DNA of 64,000 bases from a bacterium. GTDB taxonomy: Bacteria > Desulfobacterota > Binatia > HRBIN30 > CADEER01. This document shows, in pieces, positions 32,010 through 41,292 of this stretch (position 1 is the stretch's first letter; the number at the start of each line of letters is the position of its first letter). The stretch lies in NCBI GenBank assembly GCA_031401035.1, contig JANNRA010000150.1:6104-70103 (forward strand), read 5' to 3'. The notes beneath the pieces were generated by a model. That model was given only the letters and a program-made list of their open reading frames with translations. It did not search any database and had not been told where the DNA came from. Both the position numbers and the translations under genes were made by a program.

Positions 32010-35000
32010 ATGAGAGAGCGCAAGCCCGTGGGATGGCGTCATGTGGGCGTCGCCCTGGCAATGTTGGGGTGGCTCGCTGCGGTTCCGCTTCCCGCCCATG
32101 CGACGCATCAGCGCGCATCGCTGATCAGTTGGGCCCCGACGAGCGGCAACACGGTCGAGTTCACCATCACCGGCGCCTGGCGGCGCAGCGCCTACAGCAC
32201 CGCGAACGGGGGCTGCCGCGACGTCAACGACGCCATCGCTCCCGTGCTGGGCAATATTCCCTGCTCGGGTGGCGATGGCTTCGCGAGCGTCAACGACGTC
32301 ATCGTCGAGTACGTAGGGGGCACCGTGTTCACCCCCGGCGAAGGGTCGGATATCAGCTCGCCTCTGAGCGCCTTGCTCTATGTCGTGACCTCCATCGATC
32401 CGGCCAACGACTGGCTGTACGCCACGGCGCTCGACCCGAGCAGCCTGCCGTCGATTGATACCACCATCAGCAAGACCTATTCGAACAGCACTCCGCGCAC
32501 GGCGTTCCTCCAAGACTGCTGTCGCGTCTCCAACACCGTCGGCGGCAACCAGCACATCAACAACCCGGACGGCAGCTATCGCATCGAGACGCTGGTGACG
32601 CCGGGGACCGGCAATCGCCCGCCGGTCAGCACCATGCCGCCGATCGTGTTGTGCCCGCTCAACGGTATTTGCACGTTCCAGGTGCCGGGCAGCGATCCCG
32701 ACGGCGACCCCGTCACCTTCCGGCTGTCGACGTCGACCGAGGCGAGCGGCTCGGTGTCCGGCTTCAAGCAACCCGGTCCCACCGCGGCGCCGAACGCGGC
32801 GACGATCAGTTCGAGTGGCCTGTACACATGGAACACCACTGGAGCGACCGTCGGCGGGGTGGGCTCGAACACCTACTACTCGACCCAGGTCTCGATCGAG
32901 GACCGCACGCCCGGCAATGTGGTGAAGAGCAAGATCGCGGTCGACTTTCTGATTCAGCTGGTCGTCCAGTCCGGGCTCGCGCCGGTGTTCGACCACCCGC
33001 CGACGCCGCAGTGCGGCAGCACGATCAACGTCAATCCGGGGGCCACGGTAACCTTCACCGCCCAGGCGTCCGACTCCGATTTCGGCCAGACGGTGACGCT
33101 CAACGCGGTCGGCGTCCCGTCGGGGGCGACGCTCACGCCGTTGTTGCCGACCACCGCCAATCCGGTGAGCAGCGTGTTCAACTGGGGGACCGGCGGCTTC
33201 GATGCCGGCACCACGCATGTCGTGACGTTCACCGCCACCGACAGCGCCAACTTGCAGACGCAATGCTCGGTGACGATCACCGTCGCGCAGTGCCAGAGCA
33301 ACGCCGACTGCAACGACGACAGTCTCTGCACCAGCGACATCTGCGCGCCGACGAACCCGGGCGCCAACGCCGGTGGCTGTCTGAACACCGCCGTGACGTG
33401 CAACGCCTGTCAGGTCTGCCAGCCGGCGCTGGGCTGCACCGGCGCAGTGTGCACGCCGGTCTTCTCGCCGACGCCGACGCCGACGATCCCCCCGGCGGTG
33501 TGCGGCGACGGCGTCATCGCCAGCCCTGAAGCCTGCGATCAGGGCGTTCTCAACGGCACGGCCGGATCGTGCTGCAGCGCCACCTGTACGTTCAGGAGTA
33601 CCGGGACGGCCTGCACCGACGACGGCCTCGCCTGCACCACCGACACCTGCGGCGGCGTCAGTGCGATGTGCCAGCATGCGCCCGGCAACGCCGGCACCGC
33701 GTGTCGTAGCGCCGCCGGCGCCTGCGACGTGACCGAGATCTGCACGGGCTCGAGCGCCACCTGTCCGGGCGACGGCGTCCAACCGAACACATGGATCTGC
33801 CGCGCGGCCACTGACACCTGCGACGCGCCGGAGACCTGCAACGGCTCCTCGGCGAGCTGCCCGAGCGACGCCCTCCAATCGAGCAGCACGACCTGCCGCG
33901 CCTCGGCCGGCGCCTGCGACGCGGCCGAGCAGTGCACGGGCTCCAGCGCCGCGTGCCCGCCCGACGCGCTGCGGTCGAACGCGTTCACCTGCCGTGCCTC
34001 GGCAGGCGTCTGCGACACCGCCGAACCGTGCACCGGCAGCGACATCGCATGCCCCGCCGATACCAAGAGCAGCGCCGTCTGCCGGGCCATGGCCGGGGCG
34101 TGCGACGCCGCGGAGAGCTGCGACGGCGTTGGCGATGAGTGCCCCGCCGACCTGCTAGCGCCGGCCACCACCACCTGCCGCGGCGCTGCCGGCATGTGCG
34201 ATGTCCCGGAGCGCTGCGATGGGATCGGCACGAACTGCCCGACCGATGCATTCGAACCCTCGAGTACCGCGTGCCGGCCATCGGGTGGTGATTGCGACGT
34301 GGCGGAGACATGCACCGGTACCGCGGCCGCGTGCCCGCCCGATGCCGTCAAGCCGAACACCATCACCTGCCGGGCGACGCTCGGCATCTGCGACCTCGCC
34401 GAGCACTGTACCGGCAGCGGCGCCGCCTGTCCGGCCGATGCCAAGAGCAGTGCCGTGTGCCGCGCCGCGGCCGGAGTCTGTGACCTGGCCGAGAGCTGCA
34501 CCGGCAGCGGAAACGATTGCCCGGCCGACGCCAAGAGCGCCGCGGTCTGTCGCGGCGCGGCGAGCGTCTGCGACGTCGCAGAGCTCTGCGACGGTGCGGC
34601 AGACACCTGTCCGACGAACCGCATCCAGCCAGACGGCATGCCGTGCACCGACCTGCTGTACTGCAACGGCGACGAGACCTGCCTGTCGGGTTCGTGTACC
34701 GACAATCCCAATCCCTGCGTGCTCTGCGACGAAACCTCCAACGCCTGCCAGAACGAGTTGTGCCCGGTGATCCGGCAGCACGGGTGTCGGACTGGACCGA
34801 AGTCGCGGCTGCTCCTGAAGAACAGAACCAACGACGACGCCGACAAACTGATCTGGAAGCTGGCGAATGCGGCCACGACCAGCTTCGCCGAGCTCAGCGA
34901 TCCTGTCGTCTCGACCGACTACGCCTTCTGCCTGTACGCCGGCCCGACCGGCGCGCTCATCTTGGAGATGGGCGTTCCCGCCGGGCCGAAGTGGTTGATC

Positions 35001-35267
35001 AGCGGCTCCAACAAGGGGTTCAAGTACTTTGACCCGCCGGCAGTCGAGGACGGCGCCCAGAAGATCCGGCTCAAGTCGGGAAGCTCGAATCGGACGAAAC
35101 TGCTGATCAAGGGCCGCGGCGTCAACCTTGGCGACCCACTGACGGCCAACCGCCTCCCTCTGCCGGTCGTCGCACAGTTCACCAATATGGCGAGCGGCAC
35201 ATGCTGGGAGGCCAGTTACTCGACGCCTGACAAGAACACACCGGACTCCTTCAAGGCCAGGCAGTAA
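32010..35267 (+). CDS. Large secreted Cys-rich protein: Ig/cadherin-like region, myxobacterial-type Cys repeats, 10 disintegrin-like repeats, conserved-looking C-terminal domain
   Basis: Signal peptide ..AVPLPAHA, DPDGD, CGDG...EACD, CTDDGLACTTDTC, CRxxxxxCDxxExCxGxxxxCPxD repeats. Confidence 0.85.
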   Translation: MRERKPVGWRHVGVALAMLGWLAAVPLPAHATHQRASLISWAPTSGNTVEFTITGAWRRSAYSTANGGCRDVNDAIAPVLGNIPCSGGDGFASVNDVIVEYVGGTVFTPGEGSDISSPLSALLYVVTSIDPANDWLYATALDPSSLPSIDTTISKTYSNSTPRTAFLQDCCRVSNTVGGNQHINNPDGSYRIETLVTPGTGNRPPVSTMPPIVLCPLNGICTFQVPGSDPDGDPVTFRLSTSTEASGSVSGFKQPGPTAAPNAATISSSGLYTWNTTGATVGGVGSNTYYSTQVSIEDRTPGNVVKSKIAVDFLIQLVVQSGLAPVFDHPPTPQCGSTINVNPGATVTFTAQASDSDFGQTVTLNAVGVPSGATLTPLLPTTANPVSSVFNWGTGGFDAGTTHVVTFTATDSANLQTQCSVTITVAQCQSNADCNDDSLCTSDICAPTNPGANAGGCLNTAVTCNACQVCQPALGCTGAVCTPVFSPTPTPTIPPAVCGDGVIASPEACDQGVLNGTAGSCCSATCTFRSTGTACTDDGLACTTDTCGGVSAMCQHAPGNAGTACRSAAGACDVTEICTGSSATCPGDGVQPNTWICRAATDTCDAPETCNGSSASCPSDALQSSSTTCRASAGACDAAEQCTGSSAACPPDALRSNAFTCRASAGVCDTAEPCTGSDIACPADTKSSAVCRAMAGACDAAESCDGVGDECPADLLAPATTTCRGAAGMCDVPERCDGIGTNCPTDAFEPSSTACRPSGGDCDVAETCTGTAAACPPDAVKPNTITCRATLGICDLAEHCTGSGAACPADAKSSAVCRAAAGVCDLAESCTGSGNDCPADAKSAAVCRGAASVCDVAELCDGAADTCPTNRIQPDGMPCTDLLYCNGDETCLSGSCTDNPNPCVLCDETSNACQNELCPVIRQHGCRTGPKSRLLLKNRTNDDADKLIWKLANAATTSFAELSDPVVSTDYAFCLYAGPTGALILEMGVPAGPKWLISGSNKGFKYFDPPAVEDGAQKIRLKSGSSNRTKLLIKGRGVNLGDPLTANRLPLPVVAQFTNMASGTCWEASYSTPDKNTPDSFKARQ
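33702..34620 (+). repeat. Intragenic tandem array of 10 diverged 90-96 bp disintegrin-like units
   Basis: Counted in the translation from CRSAAGACDVTEIC to CRGAASVCDVAELC. Confidence 0.9.
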
Positions 35268-35319
35268 GAAGCCGCACGATACCGATACGCGAAGGGTCTC
35301 GGCGGGGTGGCGGACCGGC

Positions 35320-35372
35320 ACCGAACGATCGTTTGGTCCACCTTGACCTCGCGCGCGAGGCGCGGCTAGGTT
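35320..35372 (+). promoter_or_regulatory. Palindromic operator plus promoter upstream of the HMGS-like/thiolase pair
   Basis: ACCGAACGATCGTTTGGT (one mismatched pair), then TTGACC-18 bp-TAGGTT. Confidence 0.6.
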
Positions 35373-35427
35373 CCGAGCAGTCTCCGCGCCGGCGCTTCCT
35401 GCCGGCGTTCTGCTCCAGGAAAGCGCG

Positions 35428-36849
35428 ATGTCCGGTATCGTTTCATTCGGTGCATACATCCCCATGCTGCGACTGCCGTTCGCGGCTATCTCCGGCGGCG
35501 GGCGCAAGGTCACCAGCGGTGGCGGTGGCGAGCGCGCGGTGGCGAACTTCGACGAGGACGCGGTGACGATGGCGGTGGCCGCCGCCACCGACTGCCTGCG
35601 CGGCATCGACCGCGCCAGCATCGACGGCGTGCTGTTCGCCTCGACGTCGTACCCGTACAAGGAGAAGCAGGCCGCCAGCGTCGTCGCCAAGGCGCTCGAC
35701 CTGCGCCGCGACATCGCCACCGCCGACTTCGGCGGCTCGCTGCGCGCCGGCACGGCCGCTCTGCGCGCCGCCCTCGACGCCGTCGGCGCCGGTAGCGCCA
35801 AGCGCGTACTGGTGGTCGCCAGCGACTGCCGCCCGGCGGCGCCGCGCTCCGCGCTCGAGCGCAACATCGGCGACGGCGCCGCCGCGCTGCTCATCGCCGG
35901 CGAGGGCGTCGCCGCCGAAGTCGAGGGCCGACACACGATCTCCGACGAGCTGATCGACGTCTGGCGGCTCGACTCCGACCAGTACGTGCGTTCCTGGGAA
36001 GATCGCTTCGTCGTCGAGCACGGCTACCGCGACAACGTCGTCGAGGCGGTCAAGGGCCTCTTCACGAAACTCGGTCGCACGGCAAAGGACTTCACCAAAG
36101 CCGCACTGTACGGCCCCGACGCGCGCAGCCTCACCGCCACCGCCAAGACCCTCGGTCTCGACGCCAAGACGCAGCTGCAGGACCCGTTGTTCGGCAAGCT
36201 CGGCAATACCGGCGCCGCCTTCGCGCCGATGCTGCTGGTGGCGGCGCTGGAGAATGCCAAGCCCGGCGACACGCTGCTCGTCGCCAGCTACGGCGACGGC
36301 GCCGACGCCTTCGCGCTGCGCGTCACCGACGCGGTCAAGGGCCTCACCGACCGCCGCGCCATGCGCTGGCACCTCGAGCGCCGCGCCGAACTCGGCGACT
36401 ACAACACCTACCTCAAGTTCCGGAACCTCGAGCCGAGCGAGTTCGACCGGCGCGCCGGCGCCGGCGTCTCGGCGACGGTGCACTTCCGCGACCGCCACGA
36501 GGACATCAGCTTCCACGCCCAGCGCTGCCGTCAGTGCAGCCAGGAACAGTTTCCCTTCCAGCGCGTCTGCTTCGGCTGCTACACGCGCGACGACTTCGAC
36601 GAGGTGCGCCTGTCCGACCGCACCGGCAAGGTGATGTCGCACACCTTCGACTTCTTCGCCGGCAGCCCGGCGCCGCCGTTGATCGTGACGATGATCGAGG
36701 CCGACGGCGGCGCCCGCCTGTACCTGCAGATGACTGATGCCAGCGCCAAGGAAGTGAAGCTCGACCTGCCGGTCGAGTTCGCCTTCCGCAAGGTGCACGA
36801 GTACGGCGGCACGCCGAACTACTTCTGGAAGTGCACCCCGGTGCGATGA
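35428..36849 (+). CDS. HMG-CoA-synthase-like domain lacking the catalytic Cys, fused to a DUF35 zinc-ribbon/OB-fold
   Basis: ERAVANFDEDAVTMA, DFGGSLRAGT (no Cys), GDGAAA, GNTGAA, CRQC...CFGC plus OB-fold. Confidence 0.87.
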   Translation: MSGIVSFGAYIPMLRLPFAAISGGGRKVTSGGGGERAVANFDEDAVTMAVAAATDCLRGIDRASIDGVLFASTSYPYKEKQAASVVAKALDLRRDIATADFGGSLRAGTAALRAALDAVGAGSAKRVLVVASDCRPAAPRSALERNIGDGAAALLIAGEGVAAEVEGRHTISDELIDVWRLDSDQYVRSWEDRFVVEHGYRDNVVEAVKGLFTKLGRTAKDFTKAALYGPDARSLTATAKTLGLDAKTQLQDPLFGKLGNTGAAFAPMLLVAALENAKPGDTLLVASYGDGADAFALRVTDAVKGLTDRRAMRWHLERRAELGDYNTYLKFRNLEPSEFDRRAGAGVSATVHFRDRHEDISFHAQRCRQCSQEQFPFQRVCFGCYTRDDFDEVRLSDRTGKVMSHTFDFFAGSPAPPLIVTMIEADGGARLYLQMTDASAKEVKLDLPVEFAFRKVHEYGGTPNYFWKCTPVR

Positions 36850-36856
36850 GGTCGAG

Positions 36857-38017
36857 ATGAATCCCGAAGCCATTCGCGACAAGGTCGCCATCGTCGGCAT
36901 GGGCTGCTGCAAGTTCGGCGAGAACTGGGACAAGGCGCCCGAGGACATGATCGTCGAGGCCGCTTTCGAGGCTTACGAGGACGCCGGCATCACCGAGCCG
37001 CAGAAGCAGATCGAGGCGGTCTTCTGCGGCGCCGTCTACCCCTCGCGCGGCACCGCCGAAGTGGCGGACTCCCTGAAGCTCTACGGCCGCCCGATCAGCA
37101 TGACGCAGAACTACTGCGCCACCGGCACCGACGCCTTCCGCTTCGGCGTCTTCTCGGTCGCCTGTGGGCTCTACGACACGGTGATGGTGGTCGGCTTCGA
37201 TAAGCCGAAGGATCGCGGCATCTCCGGCCCGAACGTGCAGACCGCCGGCGTGCGCGGCCTGCCGATGACCCCGGCCGGCTGGTTCTCGCTCTGCGCCGCC
37301 CGCTACTTCGAGACGTACGGCGCCTCGCGCGAGGACCTGGCGCGCATCGCGGTGAAGAACCATCACAACGGTACCCTGGCGCCGAAGTCGATGCTGAAGA
37401 AGGAGATCACCGTCGAGGAGGCGCTCAACGCGCCGATCATCTCCTGGCCCTTCGGGCTCTACGACTGCTGCGCCCAGTCCGACGGCGCCGCCGTGGCGAT
37501 CATCACCAAGCGCGAGTTGGCGAAGAGCTTCCGTGACGACTACGTGCTGGTGAAAGCGGTGGCGATCTCGCTCGAGGCCAACCCGCAGACCGATCCGTCG
37601 TTCGACTTCCTGCGCTGGAAGCCGACCGTCTCGGCCGCCCAGCAGGCCTACGCCCAGGCCGGTATCAGCAAGCCGTTCGAGCAGCTCGACATGGCGCAGG
37701 TGCACGACTGCTTCACGCTCACCGAGCTGCTCACCTACGAGGATCTCGGCCTGTGCGAGAAGGGCGCTGCCAAGGACCACATCGCCAGCGGGACCTTTGC
37801 CCTGGACGGCGAGCTGCCGGTGAACACCGATGGCGGCCTGAAGACCTTTGGCCACCCCACCGGCGCCACCGGCGTGCGCATGATCTACGAGAACTACAAG
37901 CAGTTGCAGGGCAAGGCCGGCGATCGCCAGGTGAAGCACCGCGGCGGCATGGCGCTCAGCCACAACATCGGCGGCGCCCCGCAGGCCTGCGGCATTGCCA
38001 TCATCGGCCGCGACTGA
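36857..38017 (+). CDS. Acetyl-CoA acetyltransferase/thiolase (SCP2/PhlC-like type)
   Basis: QNYCATG catalytic Cys, VHDCF, GHPTGATG, SHNIGG. Confidence 0.9.
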   Translation: MNPEAIRDKVAIVGMGCCKFGENWDKAPEDMIVEAAFEAYEDAGITEPQKQIEAVFCGAVYPSRGTAEVADSLKLYGRPISMTQNYCATGTDAFRFGVFSVACGLYDTVMVVGFDKPKDRGISGPNVQTAGVRGLPMTPAGWFSLCAARYFETYGASREDLARIAVKNHHNGTLAPKSMLKKEITVEEALNAPIISWPFGLYDCCAQSDGAAVAIITKRELAKSFRDDYVLVKAVAISLEANPQTDPSFDFLRWKPTVSAAQQAYAQAGISKPFEQLDMAQVHDCFTLTELLTYEDLGLCEKGAAKDHIASGTFALDGELPVNTDGGLKTFGHPTGATGVRMIYENYKQLQGKAGDRQVKHRGGMALSHNIGGAPQACGIAIIGRD

Positions 38018-38028
38018 CGGCGTGTAGA

Positions 38029-38077
38029 GGCAGAGTCTGGGAGCGCGGGCGAGCCGCCCGCGCTCCCAGACCCTGCC
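38029..38077. repeat. Long GC-rich palindrome between convergent genes (REP-like or bidirectional terminator)
   Basis: 16-bp perfect stem GTCTGGGAGCGCGGGC/GCCCGCGCTCCCAGAC, 5-nt loop, extended by GGCAG/CTGCC. Confidence 0.75.
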
Positions 38078-38078
38078 C

Positions 38079-40199
38079 CTATTTAGGCTTCAACAGCGCC
38101 TCCACCTCGACCGGAATGCCGGTCATGAACGCCTGGTTGCTGAGCGGATCGTAACTGCCGGGGCCGCTCGGCAGCAGTCGGTTGACGTTGACGCCCGGCC
38201 GCTCGTTGGCGAGTCGCAGGCCGGGCGCGCCGGCGTGTCCCCAGCCGTGCGTGGCGGCGACGACGCCGGGCAGCAGCCCGTCGTCGGCCGTCACCGGCAG
38301 GGCGATCTCGCCAGCGTCGGAACGGACGCGCGCCGTCGCGCCGTTGACGAGGCCGCGCCGCGTCATGTCCTCGGGGTGCATGTAGAGTTGGTTGCCGAGC
38401 TGTGCCGCGCGGCGCAGCTTGCGCACGTTGTGGAACCACGAGTTGTGCATGAAGCGATCGCGCCGCGTGATCAGCCTCAACTGCCCCGGCGCCTCGGCCA
38501 GACGCGCCGCGAAGTCCGCCGCGAGCGCCGGCAGCGCGGCGGCGAATTGCGCCGGGCAGCAGTCGAGTTGCCCATCGGCCGCCGGCAGCAGCTCGTCGAA
38601 CAACCGCCCCGGCTGGTTGGGCGGCAGCGCCAGGCCGCCCGGCGTCGCCTGCACCTGCTCGAGTGAAAGACCGCCCCGCTCCAACATGCGCGCCAGGCGC
38701 GCCAGACCGCCATCGGCGTTATCACCGGCGTCGAGCGGCCCCTTGAAGCCGAGCTCGCGGCACAGACGGGCGAGAATCCACCACTCCTCGCGCCGCTCAC
38801 CGCGCGGCGTCACCACCGCCTCGGTGTACTGCACGAACGGCCGGTGCTGCAGGCCGAGGCCGGAGTACGTCAGATCGGCGCGCTCGAACTGGTCGGTGGC
38901 GGGCAGGATGTAGTGCGCATGTTCGGCGGTGGCGCTGCGGTAGAGATCGACGCAGACCAGCAGCTCGAGCGACTGCAGCGCCGCGGTGAGCTTGGCCTCG
39001 TCGCCGATCGATAACAGCGGATTGCCGGCGACGACGAACAGCGACCGTACCTGGCCAGGACCGGCGGTGAGGATCTCGTCGGCGAGCAGATTGCCCGGCA
39101 GGGAGCCGCGCACGTGACGCGCGCGACCGAAGCGGCCGTCGAACCACAGCCGCGACGGGTCGACCGCGCCGGCGCGGGTCGCCGTCGGGTAGTAGCCGAC
39201 GGACTGCAGGTTGCCGCCACGCCGGTCGAGATTGCCGGTGCAGAACGACAACATCTGCACCAGCCAGTAAGCCAGGGTGCCGTGTCGCCCCATGTTGGCC
39301 CCGGTCGACATCGTCACCGCGGCGCCGTCCGCCGCCGCCCACTCCGCCGCCAGGCCGCGCAAGACCGCCGCCGGCACGCCGGTGACCGGCGCCACCCGCT
39401 CTGGTGAATAGGCGGCGAGGAACCCACGCAGCGCCGACACGTTGCGGCCGCGCCGCTGCAGCAGTTCGGCATCGAACGTCCCCGCCTCGTCGAGCGCGTG
39501 CAGCAGCGCGGCGAGGAACCACACGTCGGTATCCGGGCGGAGTTGGATCAACTCGCCGACGCCGGCGGCGACCGACTCGATGCGGCGCGGGTTGAGGAAG
39601 CGGATCTTCGCGCCGCGTCCCTGGGCCTCGCGCAGGACGCGCATCGGATCGGCGATCGAGACGAAGCTCATATGCGACACGGCCGGGTTCGAGCCGATGA
39701 CCAACAGGAGCTCCGTGTGGTCGAAGTCGGGCAGGGGATGCACCGTGCTCGAGCCGTACACCGCCTCGCTGCCGGCGCACTTGTTGCTGCAGTCCTGCGT
39801 GCCCGACGAGTACACCTGGCGCGTGCCAAGCCCGGCGACGAACGGCGCCGTGCCGCTGCCGAGACGGGCGTTGAAGGCGGCCGGATTGCCGACGTAGAGC
39901 GCCGTCGCCCAGTCGCCCCGCTCGGCACGGATGGCGCGCATACGGGCGGCGATCTCCGCCATCGCCTGGTCCCAGCCGATCGGCTCGAAACCCCCCGCCG
40001 CGACGCGTTTCAGCGGCGTGTCGAGACGGTCGGGGTCATGATGGATGTCGAACGTCGCCAGGCCCTTGTTGCAGGCCCAGCCGCGCGACACCGCGTGCTC
40101 GCGGTCGGGTCGCAGTTTGGCGAGGCGGCCATCCTCGACACTGGCCACCAGCCCGCAGGCCGGTTCGCAGACTCGGCAGAACGTGCGGATGTCGGGCAT
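38079..40199 (-). CDS. Molybdopterin-dependent oxidoreductase (DMSO reductase superfamily)
   Basis: N-terminal CRVCEPACG...CNKG 4Fe-4S motif, GSNPAVSH, LPATDQFER, C-terminal HNSW...HGWGH. Confidence 0.92.
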   Translation of the reverse strand: MPDIRTFCRVCEPACGLVASVEDGRLAKLRPDREHAVSRGWACNKGLATFDIHHDPDRLDTPLKRVAAGGFEPIGWDQAMAEIAARMRAIRAERGDWATALYVGNPAAFNARLGSGTAPFVAGLGTRQVYSSGTQDCSNKCAGSEAVYGSSTVHPLPDFDHTELLLVIGSNPAVSHMSFVSIADPMRVLREAQGRGAKIRFLNPRRIESVAAGVGELIQLRPDTDVWFLAALLHALDEAGTFDAELLQRRGRNVSALRGFLAAYSPERVAPVTGVPAAVLRGLAAEWAAADGAAVTMSTGANMGRHGTLAYWLVQMLSFCTGNLDRRGGNLQSVGYYPTATRAGAVDPSRLWFDGRFGRARHVRGSLPGNLLADEILTAGPGQVRSLFVVAGNPLLSIGDEAKLTAALQSLELLVCVDLYRSATAEHAHYILPATDQFERADLTYSGLGLQHRPFVQYTEAVVTPRGERREEWWILARLCRELGFKGPLDAGDNADGGLARLARMLERGGLSLEQVQATPGGLALPPNQPGRLFDELLPAADGQLDCCPAQFAAALPALAADFAARLAEAPGQLRLITRRDRFMHNSWFHNVRKLRRAAQLGNQLYMHPEDMTRRGLVNGATARVRSDAGEIALPVTADDGLLPGVVAATHGWGHAGAPGLRLANERPGVNVNRLLPSGPGSYDPLSNQAFMTGIPVEVEALLKPK

Positions 40200-40362
40200 G
40201 CCCGACCCTACATCGTTTCACCTCGCGCGCCCATTTGACGGCGCGAAAAAGGGGGGAGGGGCCGACCGGTGTGGGCTCCGGCCGACCCCACCTTACGGGG
40301 TGAGGGAGGGGACCATCACCCCGCAGTCTTCCACGGCGGCGTGCCGCCGCAGGGACGCTCTG

Positions 40363-40596
40363 TTACGCGGCGTGCGGCAGTCGCGCGTCGCTCTTGGCGA
40401 TGATCGAGAGCTTCTCGGGCTGGATGCGCCTCGGCACGATCTTCATCGATCGCTCACGCTCGGCGACCAATACGGCCAGCGCGGCCAAGAGCAGTAGGGT
40501 CGCGGTGACCGCTACGCCCAGCCCGTCACTCGCCCAGACCAGCGCATGGGTCGGAGCCCCGCTGCTTCCTATGAGCCACGAAACTAATGCGGACAT
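40363..40596 (-). CDS. Small single-TM hypothetical protein
   Basis: One hydrophobic helix plus basic tail; GGAGG upstream; structured 3' region ending in a T-tract. Confidence 0.5.
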   Translation of the reverse strand: MSALVSWLIGSSGAPTHALVWASDGLGVAVTATLLLLAALAVLVAERERSMKIVPRRIQPEKLSIIAKSDARLPHAA

Positions 40597-40717
40597 AATA
40601 TTAGTCGACCTCCAGTGAATCGGGGTTCATTCACGTATAGCTAATCTATACCCAGGGCGCGCGTTGGCAAGTAGGGAGTTGAGAATTCTCTGCGAAGCCG
40701 TCGCCAGCGCGGCGCGG

Positions 40718-41098
40718 TCAGTGCAGCAGAATCGGCCCCTCGCCGGCGACGGCGAGGGAGGCGAGCAGGGCGGCGCGGACCTCCGCGCGCAGGCGCGGGG
40801 CGTGCGCCAGGCGGGGGCGCTGGCCGCGGCGACGCAGGGCGCCGAGATCCTCCTGCACGGCGTGCAGCAGGCCGCTATCGAGCCCCGAGCCGATCACTTC
40901 GATGGTCCAGACGCCCGGCACCGCGTCGGTGAGGCGGCGCACGTGCTGCATGACCGCCCGCAGCACCGCGATGTCGATCGCGCCGGCGAACGTGAACAGT
41001 CCCTGCGGGACGCCCGCGACGCTGCGCCAGACGCGGACGCTGACGCTGGTAGCGTCCGGCATCCAGGCGGCGATCAATGGAGCGAGTGGTTGTGGCAT
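40718..41098 (-). CDS. Hypothetical protein (start uncertain)
   Basis: Open frame with normal composition in its 3' part, preceded by a sigma-54 site. Confidence 0.45.
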   Translation of the reverse strand: MPQPLAPLIAAWMPDATSVSVRVWRSVAGVPQGLFTFAGAIDIAVLRAVMQHVRRLTDAVPGVWTIEVIGSGLDSGLLHAVQEDLGALRRRGQRPRLAHAPRLRAEVRAALLASLAVAGEGPILLH

Positions 41099-41129
41099 GG
41101 GCTGCTTCGCGCGTCCGTAACTCCAACTG

Positions 41130-41145
41130 AGCAACCGCGATGCCA
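41130..41145 (-). promoter_or_regulatory. Sigma-54 -24/-12 promoter
   Basis: Minus strand TGGCAT-CGCGG-TTGCT. Confidence 0.65.
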
Positions 41146-41292
41146 CCGGCCCAAGTGCGCCCGGCTGCGCTGCGCCGACGCCGCGGCGCCGGCGCCGCAC
41201 CGCTAAATCAACGCCCGCCCGCCGTCGCGCTGCCATGGCACACATTCGCCGCTGCCGCCTGCCGCGCGCGTTGCCCACGCACGGCGCGGGCG

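Noticed and set aside
33702-34620. Tandem repeats as a possible CRISPR array or diversity-generating cassette
   Set aside because: The units are in-frame, diverged coding repeats with no identical repeat/spacer pattern, and no cas or reverse-transcriptase gene is present
31680-35936. Long antisense ORFs over the Cys-rich gene
   Set aside because: Shadow frames of a GC-rich repetitive gene with no independent motifs
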